Origin: Kudoa neothunni
Lineage: Eukaryota > Animalia > Cnidaria
DNA: 64,000 nt
Reading direction: 5' to 3'
Assembly (NCBI GenBank): GCA_964304625.1
Contig: OZ199838.1
Span: 15,786,017-15,850,016, forward strand
The stretch's first letter is position 1; each line of letters starts with the position of its first letter. Shown here piece by piece: positions 13,811 through 26,374 of this stretch. A program made the position numbers and the translations under genes. The notes under the pieces are model-generated. The model saw only the letters and a program-made list of their open reading frames with translations, was not told where the DNA came from and ran no database searches.

Positions 13811-15517
13811 ATGCAATCGGCTACTAATTTTAATAACAACGATAAAACTGACGAACCTGTAAGTGTTTATTTAATTTGTGTTGGTTGTGTGTAAAATGTG
13901 TTACATCTGCTGTTGTTACCGTTTGCGGCAGTAATTGTGATGTTATGTCTTAAATTGTGTTCACTTAATTGTATGATCGAATTTAACGTCATAATAACTA
14001 CACAGTCGTCCTATTGTAATGCGGCTAGCAATTATTAAACGCCAAAAAATATGATGTGTAACTTGTTTGGATGGTGTACTAATTTTGGTTGCGTAGAATG
14101 CCAACAATCAGGTGTCAAACAATGGCTCCAATATGAATTCATCTGCCGAGAAAAAAGTGTTCAATGAGAATCTATGCAAGGTTTTCATTGGAAACATTGC
14201 CCGAACTGCTACAGAGGACCAGTTGAAAGAGTTTTTCGAACAAAAATCCGTCCACTTTAAAGAAATGTCACTGATGAAAGATCCCGTCAATCCAACAATG
14301 AATCGCGGATTTGGTTTCTTCACGCTGAATTCTGAGGATGAAACTGACAGCTTGTTGTTCATCGAAATGGAACCATTCCAAGGAAAAACTGTAGTCCTTT
14401 TGTTGCTTGTGATGTTGTTGGTGAATGTTAAATTATTCGATGGTTGCTGTTATTATAGTTGGATATCAAAAGAGCGGCACCTAAAGATGTCGATGATCCG
14501 CTTATTCAAACTAAAACTGACCGTGTTTTCGTTGGTGGACTGCCCCAAGTCTACACAGTAGAAGAAATCACCGATCTCTTCAACGAAAAATATGCAAACA
14601 TCGGAAAAGTTGTTGAGGTAACTTTTCGATCATTTTGACTTTGGTGAGCTTGTTGTACATACATGGCTGAATCTCAATTGGATAGGTTATTCCCAAAAAA
14701 GACAAAATCACTGGCAAGAGTCGTGGATTCTGCTTCATCGTGTTTGATAATTTCCATGTCGTCGATAAAATCATGATCGACAATCGTTTCCCATATCTCA
14801 ACAACAAACGTCTCGAGGTGAGAAAAGCCAACCCCGATTTCCCCATTCAAGGCGCTCCCCCCGCCGATGCTGGTGGTATGATGCGACGACCCAGCGGTCC
14901 TGGAGGAAAAGTTCCCAGAACTGGTGGAGATAGAAATCAACGTATGAGTCAAAATCCGTATAGAAACGGTTCCAACCAAATGTCCAACATGAGACATCCT
15001 CCTCGTAGACAGGTTTCGATTTGATATTGTTTCCTGTTGTCGTATCAATTACGTTTTAGTCACCGTACATGAACAATCAATCTATGCACGGTTCCCAATA
15101 TCCCAGACAAAACTATGGTTACACCAATAGACCTCCCCCAGCTGCCTACGCTGAAACCTCTCCGTCCATGAACAACCCACACATGCAACCTTCGTATGGT
15201 TCCCACATGCCTGAGGTGGCCTCCTATGGAGGTGGTAACACCGGCTACGTTCCTTACGGCGCGTCAGCACAACAACCACCAGCTCCTTCTTCCTACTCTT
15301 CAGGTTGTTCAATTGTATTTTTTATTACTGACCAACGATTGTGTGTGTTCCAGGTGGAAGTCAATATTCTGTCAATCCTTATGGAGCTGTGAACTACGGT
15401 GTCAATCAAGGTGGATCATACCAACCAAACCAAATGCCGTCATATCCCGGCTCTACAAATAACAATGTTTCGTCCTCTAATCCCTCATCAAACCCAAACC
15501 ATCCAGGGGGCTATTAG
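13811..15517 (+). CDS. hnRNP A/B-like (Hrb/DAZAP1/Musashi group) protein, 2 RRMs plus G/Y/P/N low-complexity tail, 6 exons
   Basis: RNP2/RNP1 motifs KVFIGNI/RGFGFFTL and RVFVGGL/RGFCFIVF. DNFHVVDKIMI...LEVRKA matches hnRNP A-type RRM2. Introns in phase; stop TAG 15515-15517. Exon 1 (13811-13858) is inferred. Confidence 0.85.
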
Positions 15518-16066
15518 AATTGCGCGCCGAGTTTAGTCACTTCACACATATTAAGAAACGAAACTAATGTATTACTAAATAATATTTGTGCGTAGTGTAT
15601 GCTCTGGTTCCGTTTTCTTGCAATGACGTTAGCGCATTAACAGGATTTAAGTGTCTCGTGCTGGGTCACTTTTTTTTCGGTTTTATAAACTACAATATTT
15701 TACATCCTGAAGAACATGCATGCGAAGTATTCTGATGGAATTTTGTATAGTTCTCCTAATCTAGCTCAGAATTAATTGTACGGTGTACGTTGGGTGATCA
15801 ATTTCACGCTTCTTTTAAGAACCTATTTACTTAGGATATTGATTGGTCATTGTCTGTGCAATGTGTTTTTTATAAAAATTTGTGTAAAATATCTACTATT
15901 TAGACTCCTAATGGCATCCTAGAGATGAACAATCAAATAATCAAAAAAACCTAGAAAAGTTTTTAGACTATAAAAGTAGAAACTATTTGCATTCAACACA
16001 ATTTAATTCTGTTGATGGAGATGTATATGAGTGGATTATAGTAGGCGTCGTCGCGATAATCATTAA

Positions 16067-17500
16067 CCCTCCGTGGGACGCGTAAAAAACTTAACGTGAA
16101 CACACGCATGGGGTCCATTGGACCTTGGACCCCACGAGGAAAAAACTCGATGTAAATTGCCACATATATATTATTTTAATCGATTTTTGCAACTGTGACA
16201 CGCTGTTCGGGTTATTTTATCGTTTTGGCGAGGACACAAATGGCAACGTTTTTTAGCGATGAGATTGTTGGATTCTTGTGAGAAATTGATTTCTGGTGGT
16301 TCTATAAAGTTTTAATCAAAATAAATTATGTTTAGTACCTTTTCCACAGATTTCCTCTTCCATAAGCTGCATGGATAACAATTTCAAAAAATCTTTCCCT
16401 CTTATTTGTTTGCTCAATTTTATATAGTAAATAACAAAAACGTTGATTGATACAACGTCTAACAAAGTGTGAAATATTATTGCTGGCCATTCTCTAGTTG
16501 TTCAATAGGTGGAATAATTGACACACATTTGGTCAACTGTATCAATACCACCCTTGGTAGAGTTATAAATGAAATAATTTATGGAATTTTGGGGGGTTTT
16601 CTAAGTCGACTATTGGTCTGTGATGAAATGTGCTCAACACAATGACCGATTTATTCTTTTCAGGGTCATATGAATTAGGCGTTAACTCTTTAATATATGC
16701 AAATTTCGATGAGTACAGCTCTTTTGTTTTTGATGCTAAAAATTCACCAGGAATTTCTTTTTTATTTCGTTTTAAAGTTATGTTTTCTGTCAGAACCTAA
16801 AATTGATTGTGCAAGACGCATAACTACACTTTGAGCAGAATTATTCACGTTATTCTGAACTCCCACATAAACTTCGAAGTTTAAAGTATAAAATGTCTTT
16901 GAATCTATTAAAATTGAAATTTGTTTGCATAATGGAATGCCGAAGTCAACATCTGCCCAGAGTTCATTCATGTCGGTTAAATTCACCTTTTGTTATTGCA
17001 AGAAAATGGTGCAATCACGTTCTCGTTTGAAATTTGACTTTATGTTTTTTAATATTGCATCTGTAAAAAATTAGCTCCAGATTTGAACTTCTGTGTTAAT
17101 ATTATCAGGAATGTGTATTTGATTTTTGTTGTTTTAAGATATCGTACTTCCTCTTTTTAGAAAATAATCCAACAGGATTAGCTGACTATTCAAAGTTCTT
17201 TCCATAAAATTTATCTTTATTTCCATCAAAAGTTTCCAATGTTGAGTAATTTTTAGATATATCGGTTTTTTCTAATACCAAATCATCACTACATGAGTCC
17301 TCGCTATGGCACTCTTGATCGGATAGGTAGGAATCGTTGTTATCACCGTCAAGAAATTTTCTTAAATCCATCCAAGTTAACAGAAAGGTTAAATAAAAAA
17401 ATATGCGAATAGAACTTACCGTTTGGAGCTAAGTTAGTTAAAACCAGAATTATCGGAGACAAAAATTCACGTGGGGTCCAACAAGATCCCACTAATCCAA
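16067..17500 (-). mobile_element. decayed piggyBac element with transposase remnant
   Basis: TTAA|CCCTCCG end at 16063-16073 with GGGGTCCA..GGACCCC subterminal palindromes at both ends. Minus-strand fragments YNSTKGGIDTVDQMC, WPAIIFHTLLDV and an acidic N-terminus (17186-17371). Far TIR not found. Confidence 0.8.
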
Positions 17501-17689
17501 AGGATCTCAACCGTATTTTTCGAATTTACCCTCTTAATTTGGAAGTCACATGTCATATTTGCTTTAAGGTTTTATACTGGCTTAACAATGACAGAGGCTA
17601 TTTGAGGGATAGGTTCTAATTTCATAAACTCTTACTCACAAGCTGTCTACAAATTTAATTTATTAGATTTTGGTAAATTGAATTATTTC

Positions 17690-17790
17690 TATTCCAATCC
17701 TTCACTACTAAGGCCAGACATAATTAAAAATAGTCAAAACTAATGACACCTAAAGATTATTTGCCATGCAAATCGTCACATTAAGTGTTA
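17690..17790 (+). repeat. diverged dispersed repeat shared with ~52970-53060
   Basis: CAATCCTTCACTACTAAGGCCAGA..ATAGTCAAAACTAATGACACCTAAA vs CAATTCCTCCACCTTAAGGGCAGA..ATAGTCAAAACTAACGATACCTGAA. Confidence 0.55.
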
Positions 17791-18179
17791 TTATTAAGCT
17801 GCGGCATTAAAGAAAAATATTTTAAGCATTTGGGAGAACTTAATGAGTTTAATGACTCTGAATATTATAATTCCTTAGAAATACTTGAGTACGTGTACGT
17901 GACTAACCACATAATGCAAAAATTATTCTTATTCAGTTTTGATGTCGTCTAAAATTTATCCCAGGAGGTAAAATTACACCCGGTTGAGTATACAGTAGTA
18001 TATGGGTGTAACATAGAAGTTGGAAAAATGAAAACCACTATGTTGCATCTATTATTACGCTGGACACATTCAAATAGCGCGTGCATTAAGACAAAAATAA
18101 TAGTTTCCTATCGATCAGATAATAAATAATAAATTAAATTGAAGCAAAAATTAACTTGTATACTTTTTCTTATTAGAAC

Positions 18180-18900
18180 ACCATTTTATTTATAACAAGT
18201 TTTCTAACTTTTTCCAATTAATATAATTACTCTTGGTTTGATATGATAACTTTATTAATATAATTAGAGTCGTCAAAATTTTAGAGGTGTCGACTGTCTT
18301 GCTTTCAAGAGTTTCTTCAATAGTAGGATTTGTGAATTCTAGTGATTTCCACTTTTTTAATCAGCCCAATTATGTCATGTTTAAATTGGTCATCATCAGG
18401 AACATCATAGGAATAAACATTTAGTGGATTTTAAGAGAGGAAAAATGATTTCCTAAAGCAGTTAACTATGGTTTCCGTTTGATATATTCTCATCATTTGA
18501 AAACTTTAACAATTCCACGATCCAATGCCTGAAGCACACTGGTTGTGTTCGAAGAAAAGTAGCAGCGTTACATTAGGCACGCATATTTTTGTGGGTTGAG
18601 AAAAAGTCGAGAAATAATCAAATCGTTTCTCTTAGAAATAGTGAGTTGCCTATTCTATTTTTTAAGAAAAGACACAAAAATGGAATGGATCATTTAGACC
18701 TTTTTATTATCATGACATTTTATTGGCTAATTTTTCCATTGCTTGGAGCTTCGCATCTTTACTATATGATGATATGATATGATATGATATGATATGATTG
18801 ATATGAACTCGTAGAACTTTATAATTTCGAGTTTTATGGTAGTGGTTTTGTGTCGCTAAAATTGACGCTCCATCCAGCAAGTTTTTAAAACTAACATTTT
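18180..18900 (-). pseudogene. pogo/Tigger transposase remnant
   Basis: Minus strand SNTTSVLQALDRGIVKVFK and LAGWSVNF motifs. A (GATAT)n tract lies at ~18765-18805. Confidence 0.7.
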
Positions 18901-19590
18901 GTTGAAAATAATTTATTTATTGACAAGTGATTATTTTTATTTAAATAAGTAGTAAACAAGTAAATTTTTAAAAATCGCATACGACCCATACACTACGGTA
19001 TATCATTAATTACTTCTTTAAGCTCAGAAAGAGTCTGGACTTTCCACACCTCAGACGAATCTATAAATGATAATATATTTTGTGTTTTTCAATATTAAAC
19101 ATTTCTTAGTATTGACTGAGGAGTTTTTTCATGAATTAAAAACGAACACAAGTAATAAATCCCAAATAATCTATAATCAGTAAGAACTATCACACCCTAT
19201 CATGGAAAGTTCTGTAGAATTTTCTCAATATAGTTAGTTAAATATTTAAGTCATGCTGAATCCTATTTTCCACGATGATTTAATATGGAGGAAATGAGTA
19301 ATTACTTTAATAATTTAATTTCAAAAATTGCATGTTGATCTTGAAATACTGTATCTATGCGTCCACTACTATGACTATGAGGCCAACGGAAAAAGGAAAG
19401 TAAAAAAATAAAATCTGTAAAAAAGTAAATAGGAAACGATAGAATGAAAAAGATATAGCTGACATAAAAATGCCTACTCTAAAAAGAATACAATTTATTT
19501 AGACCTAATGAAGTTCCAGAGAATAAAAACACAACGGGCGGGCGCAAGGTATAAACGCATAAAATAAATCAGCAATGATGTACACAATTG

Positions 19591-21071
19591 TTATATAGAA
19601 CCTATAGCTTCTCCAGTTCCTGTGAAACCAAAAATATGAATATTTCCTGTTTCATTGTCATTTTTATCCTTCGAAAAACAGATGAAATTTAATTTAACTT
19701 AATCTAATCGAAAACTTAAAAACCTTTTCACCATAAGCGTAAGCTAGGAGATAATTTCGAGGGTGCCAAGCGACAGTGAAAGTTGAGCCACTGCAAGGTA
19801 TTTCACAAATTTGATCGCCACTTTCAGCGACGGCAATATCTATGTAGTTATCCTCGGAAGCGGAAGCAAGTAGTTTCCCATCATAACTAAAACTCACACT
19901 TCTAACAGGCCAACTACAACAAATTTAATAGATTCAAACAATGCTCCTCAAACTAACAAACTCTAAACGAGATAATGTGTTCACACAAATCCATTCGTCA
20001 ACATCCCACAACGACACAAGTGCATCTGCTCCACCAACTGCAAAATACCTAAATCACATCATTCCTCAATCCGAACGTGCATCTACGCATTTATCTATGC
20101 ATATATGCGCATCTATGGTGGTAATCACTTTCCAGTTGGGTCGAATTTGATGCAAATACAGTTGGCAGAGTGCGCTTTCAAGGTGGTTACTAGTTGCATT
20201 TCTGGGTAGCTGAAATAATCATAATTTTAATTGAAAAAAAGAGATTGGCGCATAGAAGAAGCACTTATAGATAAAAATGCAACCGTTGCCATTAGTCACA
20301 TAAAACTTTTCATTACGATTGTCCCATGCAATTTCATTCACCTATGGTAAGGCGGAACAATAATTTTAGCTCGCAACCATAGCAAAACATTACTTCAACT
20401 TTGAATTGTTCCTCTTTGACAACTTTAAATGTGTTGGTATCTATGAACGATATCAAGTCATTCTAGATAAGGTGATTATCGAATCAGATTGAATATGGTT
20501 GTGGAGTTCCGCCCAAATACTTTATTTCCAACGGCGATAGTTGATGAATCTGGACTCCAGCATATATTAATGTTATCTCCAGAGGTTTGAACTTTTTGAG
20601 CACATGTTCCACCTAAAAAGTAACCATTTCTTTAGTGGATGAAGTTTGTCTATATGTGAAAATAAGGCTGACTTCTTAGATCCCAAATCCTGACAGTTTT
20701 ATCGGCTGACGCTGATGCTAAAAGATCTGGGTTGATGGGACTCCAGCAAACCTGATCCACACTGGCGCCATGATCTTTAAAAAGTGAACGTTTACGAAGT
20801 GTTTCTTTGTCCAAGGACATCACGCAAACGCTATTGTCGTGCGAACCTGACGCTATGTACTTTCCGTCGCAATTCCAAGCAACGCTGTGTATCTAGAATG
20901 AGTTTTTGTCAAATTGATAACTGATGCTACGCATTGATCAAACGAATAATTTATAATAAACGATTTTTATCACACTTTAGATTCATGTGATAAGTATGAG
21001 TGTGAGTTGCAGTGTTTTTTAAAGTGTCTTTTCGTATCGTCCACATACTTATCCAAAAGAGTGGGTTCCAT
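19591..21071 (-). CDS. THOC3: THO complex subunit 3 (TEX1), WD40 protein, 9 exons
   Basis: IHSVAWNCDGKYIASGSHD, SVDQVCWSP, NINICWSPD, LKAHSANCICIKFDPTGKYFAVGGADALVSLWD, SRLDWPVRSVSFSYDGKLLASASED, TFTVAWHP. All eight introns are canonical and in phase. Confidence 0.95.
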
Positions 21072-21096
21072 AGCTAATTTATTATCTTAATGATAA

Positions 21097-21108
21097 CGCG
21101 CATGCGCG
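21097..21108. promoter_or_regulatory. NRF1/Ewg-like palindrome CGCGCATGCGCG upstream of THOC3
   Basis: Perfect 12-bp GC palindrome ~26 bp upstream of the ATG in AT-rich background. Similar motifs precede other genes. Confidence 0.55.
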
Positions 21109-22305
21109 CATATTATTTTACTAATAATTACGATTTGGAGAATATTTAGAATAAACAAATTATTAATTAGGATTGTTTTCTATCAATATTTTTGAATCGC
21201 GTTTATTCATACAATTTTTGTACAAATGATTTGAATTAAAGTGAAAATTACTTAAAAAAATAGAAATATAATTTAAGCAAATCATATAATTATTTTAGTA
21301 TTGTTTGAAATCTACTCAAAGGAACAAGTTTAAGACAGAGTTGGATGAAAAATTAACACTAAAATATTCCTGTAAGAAGACCTTGAAGTGTAAAATCTAT
21401 CAATTTACACAAATGTCGAGCAAATTATTATAATATGACAACGGAATAAATCTTAAATGGCATAAAGAGCTCTAATGGATTTGCAGACATTCTTTTCGGC
21501 GAGAAATTTTGGACACAACTAGCTAAATTCGTACGTTTTTTTAAATGTCTTATATTTCCAGGTTTTTCCCTCTTGTTCTTTGATAGATTGAATAATACCA
21601 AATCAGTATTTTGAATGTAATTAAATACTGCAAATTTACAAAAATAGAAATATAATCGTAATTGATTTCATATTAGGATATCTTCATCGGAAGTTTTGTA
21701 TAGGCAAAGTAAAATTGTATATTTTATTAATTTCTTCTAATTTCTCAAAGCATGGAGAAATTTAGGCTAAAAATAATGTGGCAAATATCTATGATAATAA
21801 ACTCATTTAAAAATTTTTGATCTAGTTGAGACTAATATTTTGATTTTATACAACGTTAATAGTGATGGCGTATAACTAGGGAATACAATTTTTGGAAGAA
21901 TCGACGTCTATAAATAAAGGAGATCATACACAGATCTGCTCAAGCATTTCTATGACCGCTTAAAACACAAATTAACATTTCATATAATATATCAAAGCAT
22001 ATTTTCTTCGTAGATTCATTTTTAGAATAAACTTAATAATATATGTGTATATATTTTAATTTCACTGAAATCTCAAAGTTCCAAGTTCAATTGCAAGATA
22101 TTTTAGTCTTTTTATACTTGCCGTAGAGTTAGATATTCATCTGTACTGCTCTTGATATAAAACATCAAAATTTTTGTAATTCATTTATATAAAATTAAAT
22201 TAACATAAACTATATTATTATAATAAAGATATATTTAAAAAATATAACTAAAAAAAATGTAATTAAATGGTTTTAAAACTCACAAAATTAAAATGTTTCC
22301 ATATT

Positions 22306-22356
<51 letters not shown>

Positions 22357-22753
22357 ACATATGTTTATATAGGAGTAATTTTTTTGAAGAAAATTAAAAA
22401 CCAACAAGATTAATTTAGATTATCAAAAACCTTTTAAAAATTTTATAATGCAACTAATCGATGAGTCGTAATATGTAAATCTTATTTTCATGTTAGTAGG
22501 ATGATATAATTTAAAGGGGTTAATTCTTATATCGAACAATATTCAGTATTTTACTTTTAATTTTCAATAACTAAAAGCCATCGGAAATTAAAACTTAAAG
22601 TAAACAAAATTTTATCGAAAAAGCAAATATAAAACTTAAGTTGTTGTTTTTCTCATGATTGAAATAGCATGAATAAATATTTTAATACGAAACCTAATGG
22701 TTACATAATATCTAAAGTTATTTACAAATATTGACGAAATTGATTACTGTTAA

Positions 22754-23330
22754 CCCTTCGAGTAAAAAGGGGTGTATTTCCGTATTTCCACCCCAGGCAG
22801 GAGATTGTTGATGAAATTTTTTCCCATTACAAATGCGATAGATACAATTCACGTTCCTATTAATCCTTTAAACTTATGTAATACGTAAAATGCGAAAACA
22901 AAATTTTAATTTTTTTTTATTGCGACATAAATTAACGCTAAAACAGCTTCCGAGTAAAATTGGGGCGTGTTTACACCCCAAGGTTTTTTTGATAAATTTG
23001 TTTAAAATATTTTAAGAAATATATTTGCATCTTTTTAGATAATTCTAATTGTTAAATAACCCTTAAACTGACAATAACATATTCAGTTGACTGAATGCGC
23101 TTGCGCGGAAGTGTGGGTTTATGTGATTACAGGGGTAGTTGTTCTGATTATGATTTCTTATTTGATCATAATATATCATCAGATAATGAAGATTATACCA
23201 TTATACCAATTAGTTGATAAACATGGAGTGCTACGGACAGCTGAAATTATAATAAATAATCGTCCAGGCCTTTCTCACCACATATCTCAAAATGTTAACG
23301 TAGCTGTTGATTGATACTTTTAAGGTGTTA
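22754..23330 (+). mobile_element. truncated piggyBac (left end plus transposase N-terminus), relative of the element at 56124
   Basis: TTAA|CCCTTCGAGTAAAAAGGGG and internal CCGAGTAAAATTGGGG..TTTACACCCCA, as at 56124/56304. Frameshifted CDYRGSCSDYD..SSDNE and LVDKHGVLRT align to SEYSGSYSDTD..SSDNS and FIDKNGTLWT. Confidence 0.75.
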
Positions 23331-23513
23331 TCTAATCATGATATATACAATGTTATTTTAAAATTTACAAATCAATCAATATGTAGGGAAATTGTTGGTT
23401 GAATTGAATGTTAAAGTTATAAATTTTTTATGCGTTTGTAAAAAAATCTATTTCAATAAAACGAGTTTATTTATTTATTCTCATATGAAATCCAAATATT
23501 ATATTCTGATTTG

Positions 23514-24992
23514 GGAAATGAGGGAGTACACTTCCACAAAATTCAAGCTGTTTCCATATGCTAGACATTCCTGATTTCATTCAGAACTTGTTTTACGTTA
23601 TTTTTAAATATTGAGTGAACAGAAAGAACTCAAAAAATATGACCACATTTGTCTTGGGGCTAATCGGCACGCGCGTACGCTTGTGTGCATTTTGGTTTTC
23701 AGCTCTATTTGATCATTTAAACAACTTTTATACAACTAGTTTCGTTTAAATTGGATAATAATGACCATATTCTAAATTAACGAATACAATTAAAATTGAC
23801 CCTGTTGATTATTTTAATTTTTTTGATTTATCAATGTTTCAACGTCAGTAGGTTACTTTCGGCGTTATATTTATTATCAATAATAGATACTATAATATAT
23901 TATGTATGGAACTCCTATTCCTGTGCAGCTATTTCATCAAACCATACAATTTATCTTATCTCTCAAAACATTTTGAGAGATATGATGTTTTCTTAACTTT
24001 ATTACGTAGATTTTCGGAAAATATTTGTTCAGCGTTAAAGTTTATTAATAAGTATCAAAGTTAAGGGAGTGAATTGTTAAAAATAACTGTTCATCTGGTG
24101 TAAATGATTAAGTGTGAATAATTTTGTTGAGCATGGAAAAAGTGATTACATCACGGAGTGGAAATTAGTATTTACAATAATTTATAAATGATTCCAAAGT
24201 TGATCTATGCAACAGCTGTATTATAAACCATTTTGATTATGTTTTTAAGATTTCTTCATTTTTTCCATCTGATAACATTAATTAATCGTTTAAGATATTC
24301 GAAATTTATGAATTAAAAACAATGTAACATATTCTCTCTCACAATTTTAGGTTACGTAATAACACTAAAGTAATACGAGTACAAATGTATTTTGTAGACA
24401 TAATTATAACATCGATATCTAGAGGTGTCTTTAACTCTAAAATTAAAAAAATGTAGTTATTAAATATTTATAATTTAGAAAAAGTAATTTCTAACATAAA
24501 ATTCCAACAAAAATAACAATAAAAGAAACATATAATCACATGCTACTGTATTTTTATAATCATATCGTCAACAACCATTATTAAGATATAAAAAAAATAT
24601 ATAAACTAAAACTAATTTCTTGAAATCTCACAGTAAATTTTTTATTGTAGGAATTGAAATCTAACATATACAAATTGCATTTTCTTCCTATAACCTTTTA
24701 AGTAGTATATACAGCATAACAATAATAGGCTGTTTAACATTGATTAAAAAATAATAAAAAGAAACTAATTGTATTTAAGTTGTTTAAATGATCAAATAGA
24801 GTTGAAAACCAAAATGCACACAAGTGTACGCGCGTGCCGATTTAGCCCCAAGGACAAATGCGGTCATATTTTTTGAGTTCTTTCTGTTCACTCAATATTT
24901 AGAAATAATGTAAAACAAATTTTGAATAAAATCGGGAATTTCTAGCATATGGGAATAGCTTGAATTTTGTGGAAGTGTACTCCCTCATTACC
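23514..24992. mobile_element. non-autonomous Merlin-type element with ~215-bp TIRs
   Basis: Long imperfect TIRs starting GGAAATGAGG/GGTAATGAGG (23514-~23727 vs ~24778-24992). Perfect 8-bp TSD CTGATTTG (23506-23513, 24993-25000). GG termini with an 8-bp TSD fit Merlin/IS1016. Confidence 0.85.
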
Positions 24993-25330
24993 CTGATTTG
25001 CCCCAAAAAATTTCACTAAAACATCCGATTTAAATTGGCAACGTTGATAAGAATCCCTCGCGATTAAAAGATAAGGCACATACGTAAGGAATCCGTATTT
25101 GCTGCAGAATCATCAAATAATTGACAGCTGGAATTAATCATTACAAAAATAATTTAAAATCTGACCATCCTTATTCTTCCCATTCAAAATTTATCACAAG
25201 GGTGACTAACGAACTAACGACTCGCGGCAAATCAGAAAATCAAGCGCTAATAGAAATTCGAACGTGCGCGCAAATAAAACAACTTATCGCTCAATTTTAT
25301 TACAACATAAATGATAGAACAGGCTCAATT

Positions 25331-26251
25331 TTATTTTTTCGCGTAACTAATGACAATAGAATGAGTCTGAGAAACCATAAAGCCCTGCAGCGCTTCTCTG
25401 GCCTTGCCAGCATTAGCTTGATTGTCGAATTCAACGAAAGCGATGTCAACACGACCAGGGACTACTCTAACCTCATGGAAACCGGGAAACTGTACAAACA
25501 ACATCTGAAGGGTGGCGGCAGTGGTTTCTGGGGGAAGATTTTGAACAAAAAGAATGTGGTTGGGTTCTTCGTTTTTGTCAAACACTAAAATTTTAATTGT
25601 TACCGATAACTCAATGATACCTACTAAGTAGTGAACATACATTTGGTACCGGTGGTACTTTCTTTGGACGACGATTTAGACTTTTTCTCCGATTTTCCAA
25701 CTTTGACTAAAACAAAAAAAAGATTGGTTACACACACACACACACATGCTTGAAAAAATAAAACATCCATCGGTTCAGTCATTTATAAATGATAGAATTC
25801 ATAAAACCAACAAAAAACCTACCCGGATCAGATGCAGGTCTTTTCTCTCTTGGCACGTAGGTTCCATCTGCTTTGGACACTATATCCGACTTGGTTTTAG
25901 CGTACTGGATTCTCTAAAACAATAAATAAAGCAACTGAGCGCAGGTTCTTCGCAGTCTATACCATTGGCTTGTCATAGAAAGGGAAACTTTGTAGTTCTC
26001 GCATAGCGTTAGCCGACGACGAAATATCCTTAAACACAACAAAGGCTTGACCTCTTGTCTTATGACTTTTATGGGCGATTATCTCCATCACATCTCCATA
26101 TTGTGTGAATATAGCGTAGAGGGCCTTTTTAAGCGCTGTAAGAATATTTGGGTTTGAGAAAATTGTTAGTTCGGCCAATTTAGATACTTTCAATTTTAAC
26201 TTTCTCGTTCAAATTGTTCACATACAAAGTTTGGTTAGGTGCTACATCCAT
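25331..26251 (-). CDS. SNRPB2: U2B''/U1A/SNF-family snRNP protein, 2 RRMs, 5 exons
   Basis: [99 protein letters not shown]. Could equally be the single invertebrate SNF gene. Confidence 0.93.
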
Positions 26252-26258
26252 TGCTAAC

Positions 26259-26284
26259 TGCGCGCGCAGAAATGCACATGTGCA
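26259..26284. promoter_or_regulatory. GC palindromes TGCGCGCGCA and TGCACATGTGCA upstream of the SNF/U2B'' ATG
   Basis: Two palindromes 8-33 bp upstream of the start codon, inside the ~124-bp gap after the GULO stop. Confidence 0.45.
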
Positions 26285-26374
26285 AACGACAATAACACGT
26301 ATCTACGGATAAAATGGTCTATTTAAGGGGTTTTCGCCTAAGACAAAGTTTAATAATTAAAACCAACATTAGAT

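Noticed and set aside
14580-15312. Minus-strand ORFs
   Set aside because: Antisense shadows of the hnRNP gene.
21300-22150. Exon-like blocks divergent from THOC3
   Set aside because: Could not assemble a stop-free spliced frame or recognise a family.
23087-23314. 75-aa ORF with an apparent TM helix, as piggyBac cargo
   Set aside because: It is a frameshifted reading of a transposase N-terminus; the other frame matches element C's start.
25121-25588. 155-aa + strand ORF
   Set aside because: Antisense shadow of the SNF/U2B'' last exon.
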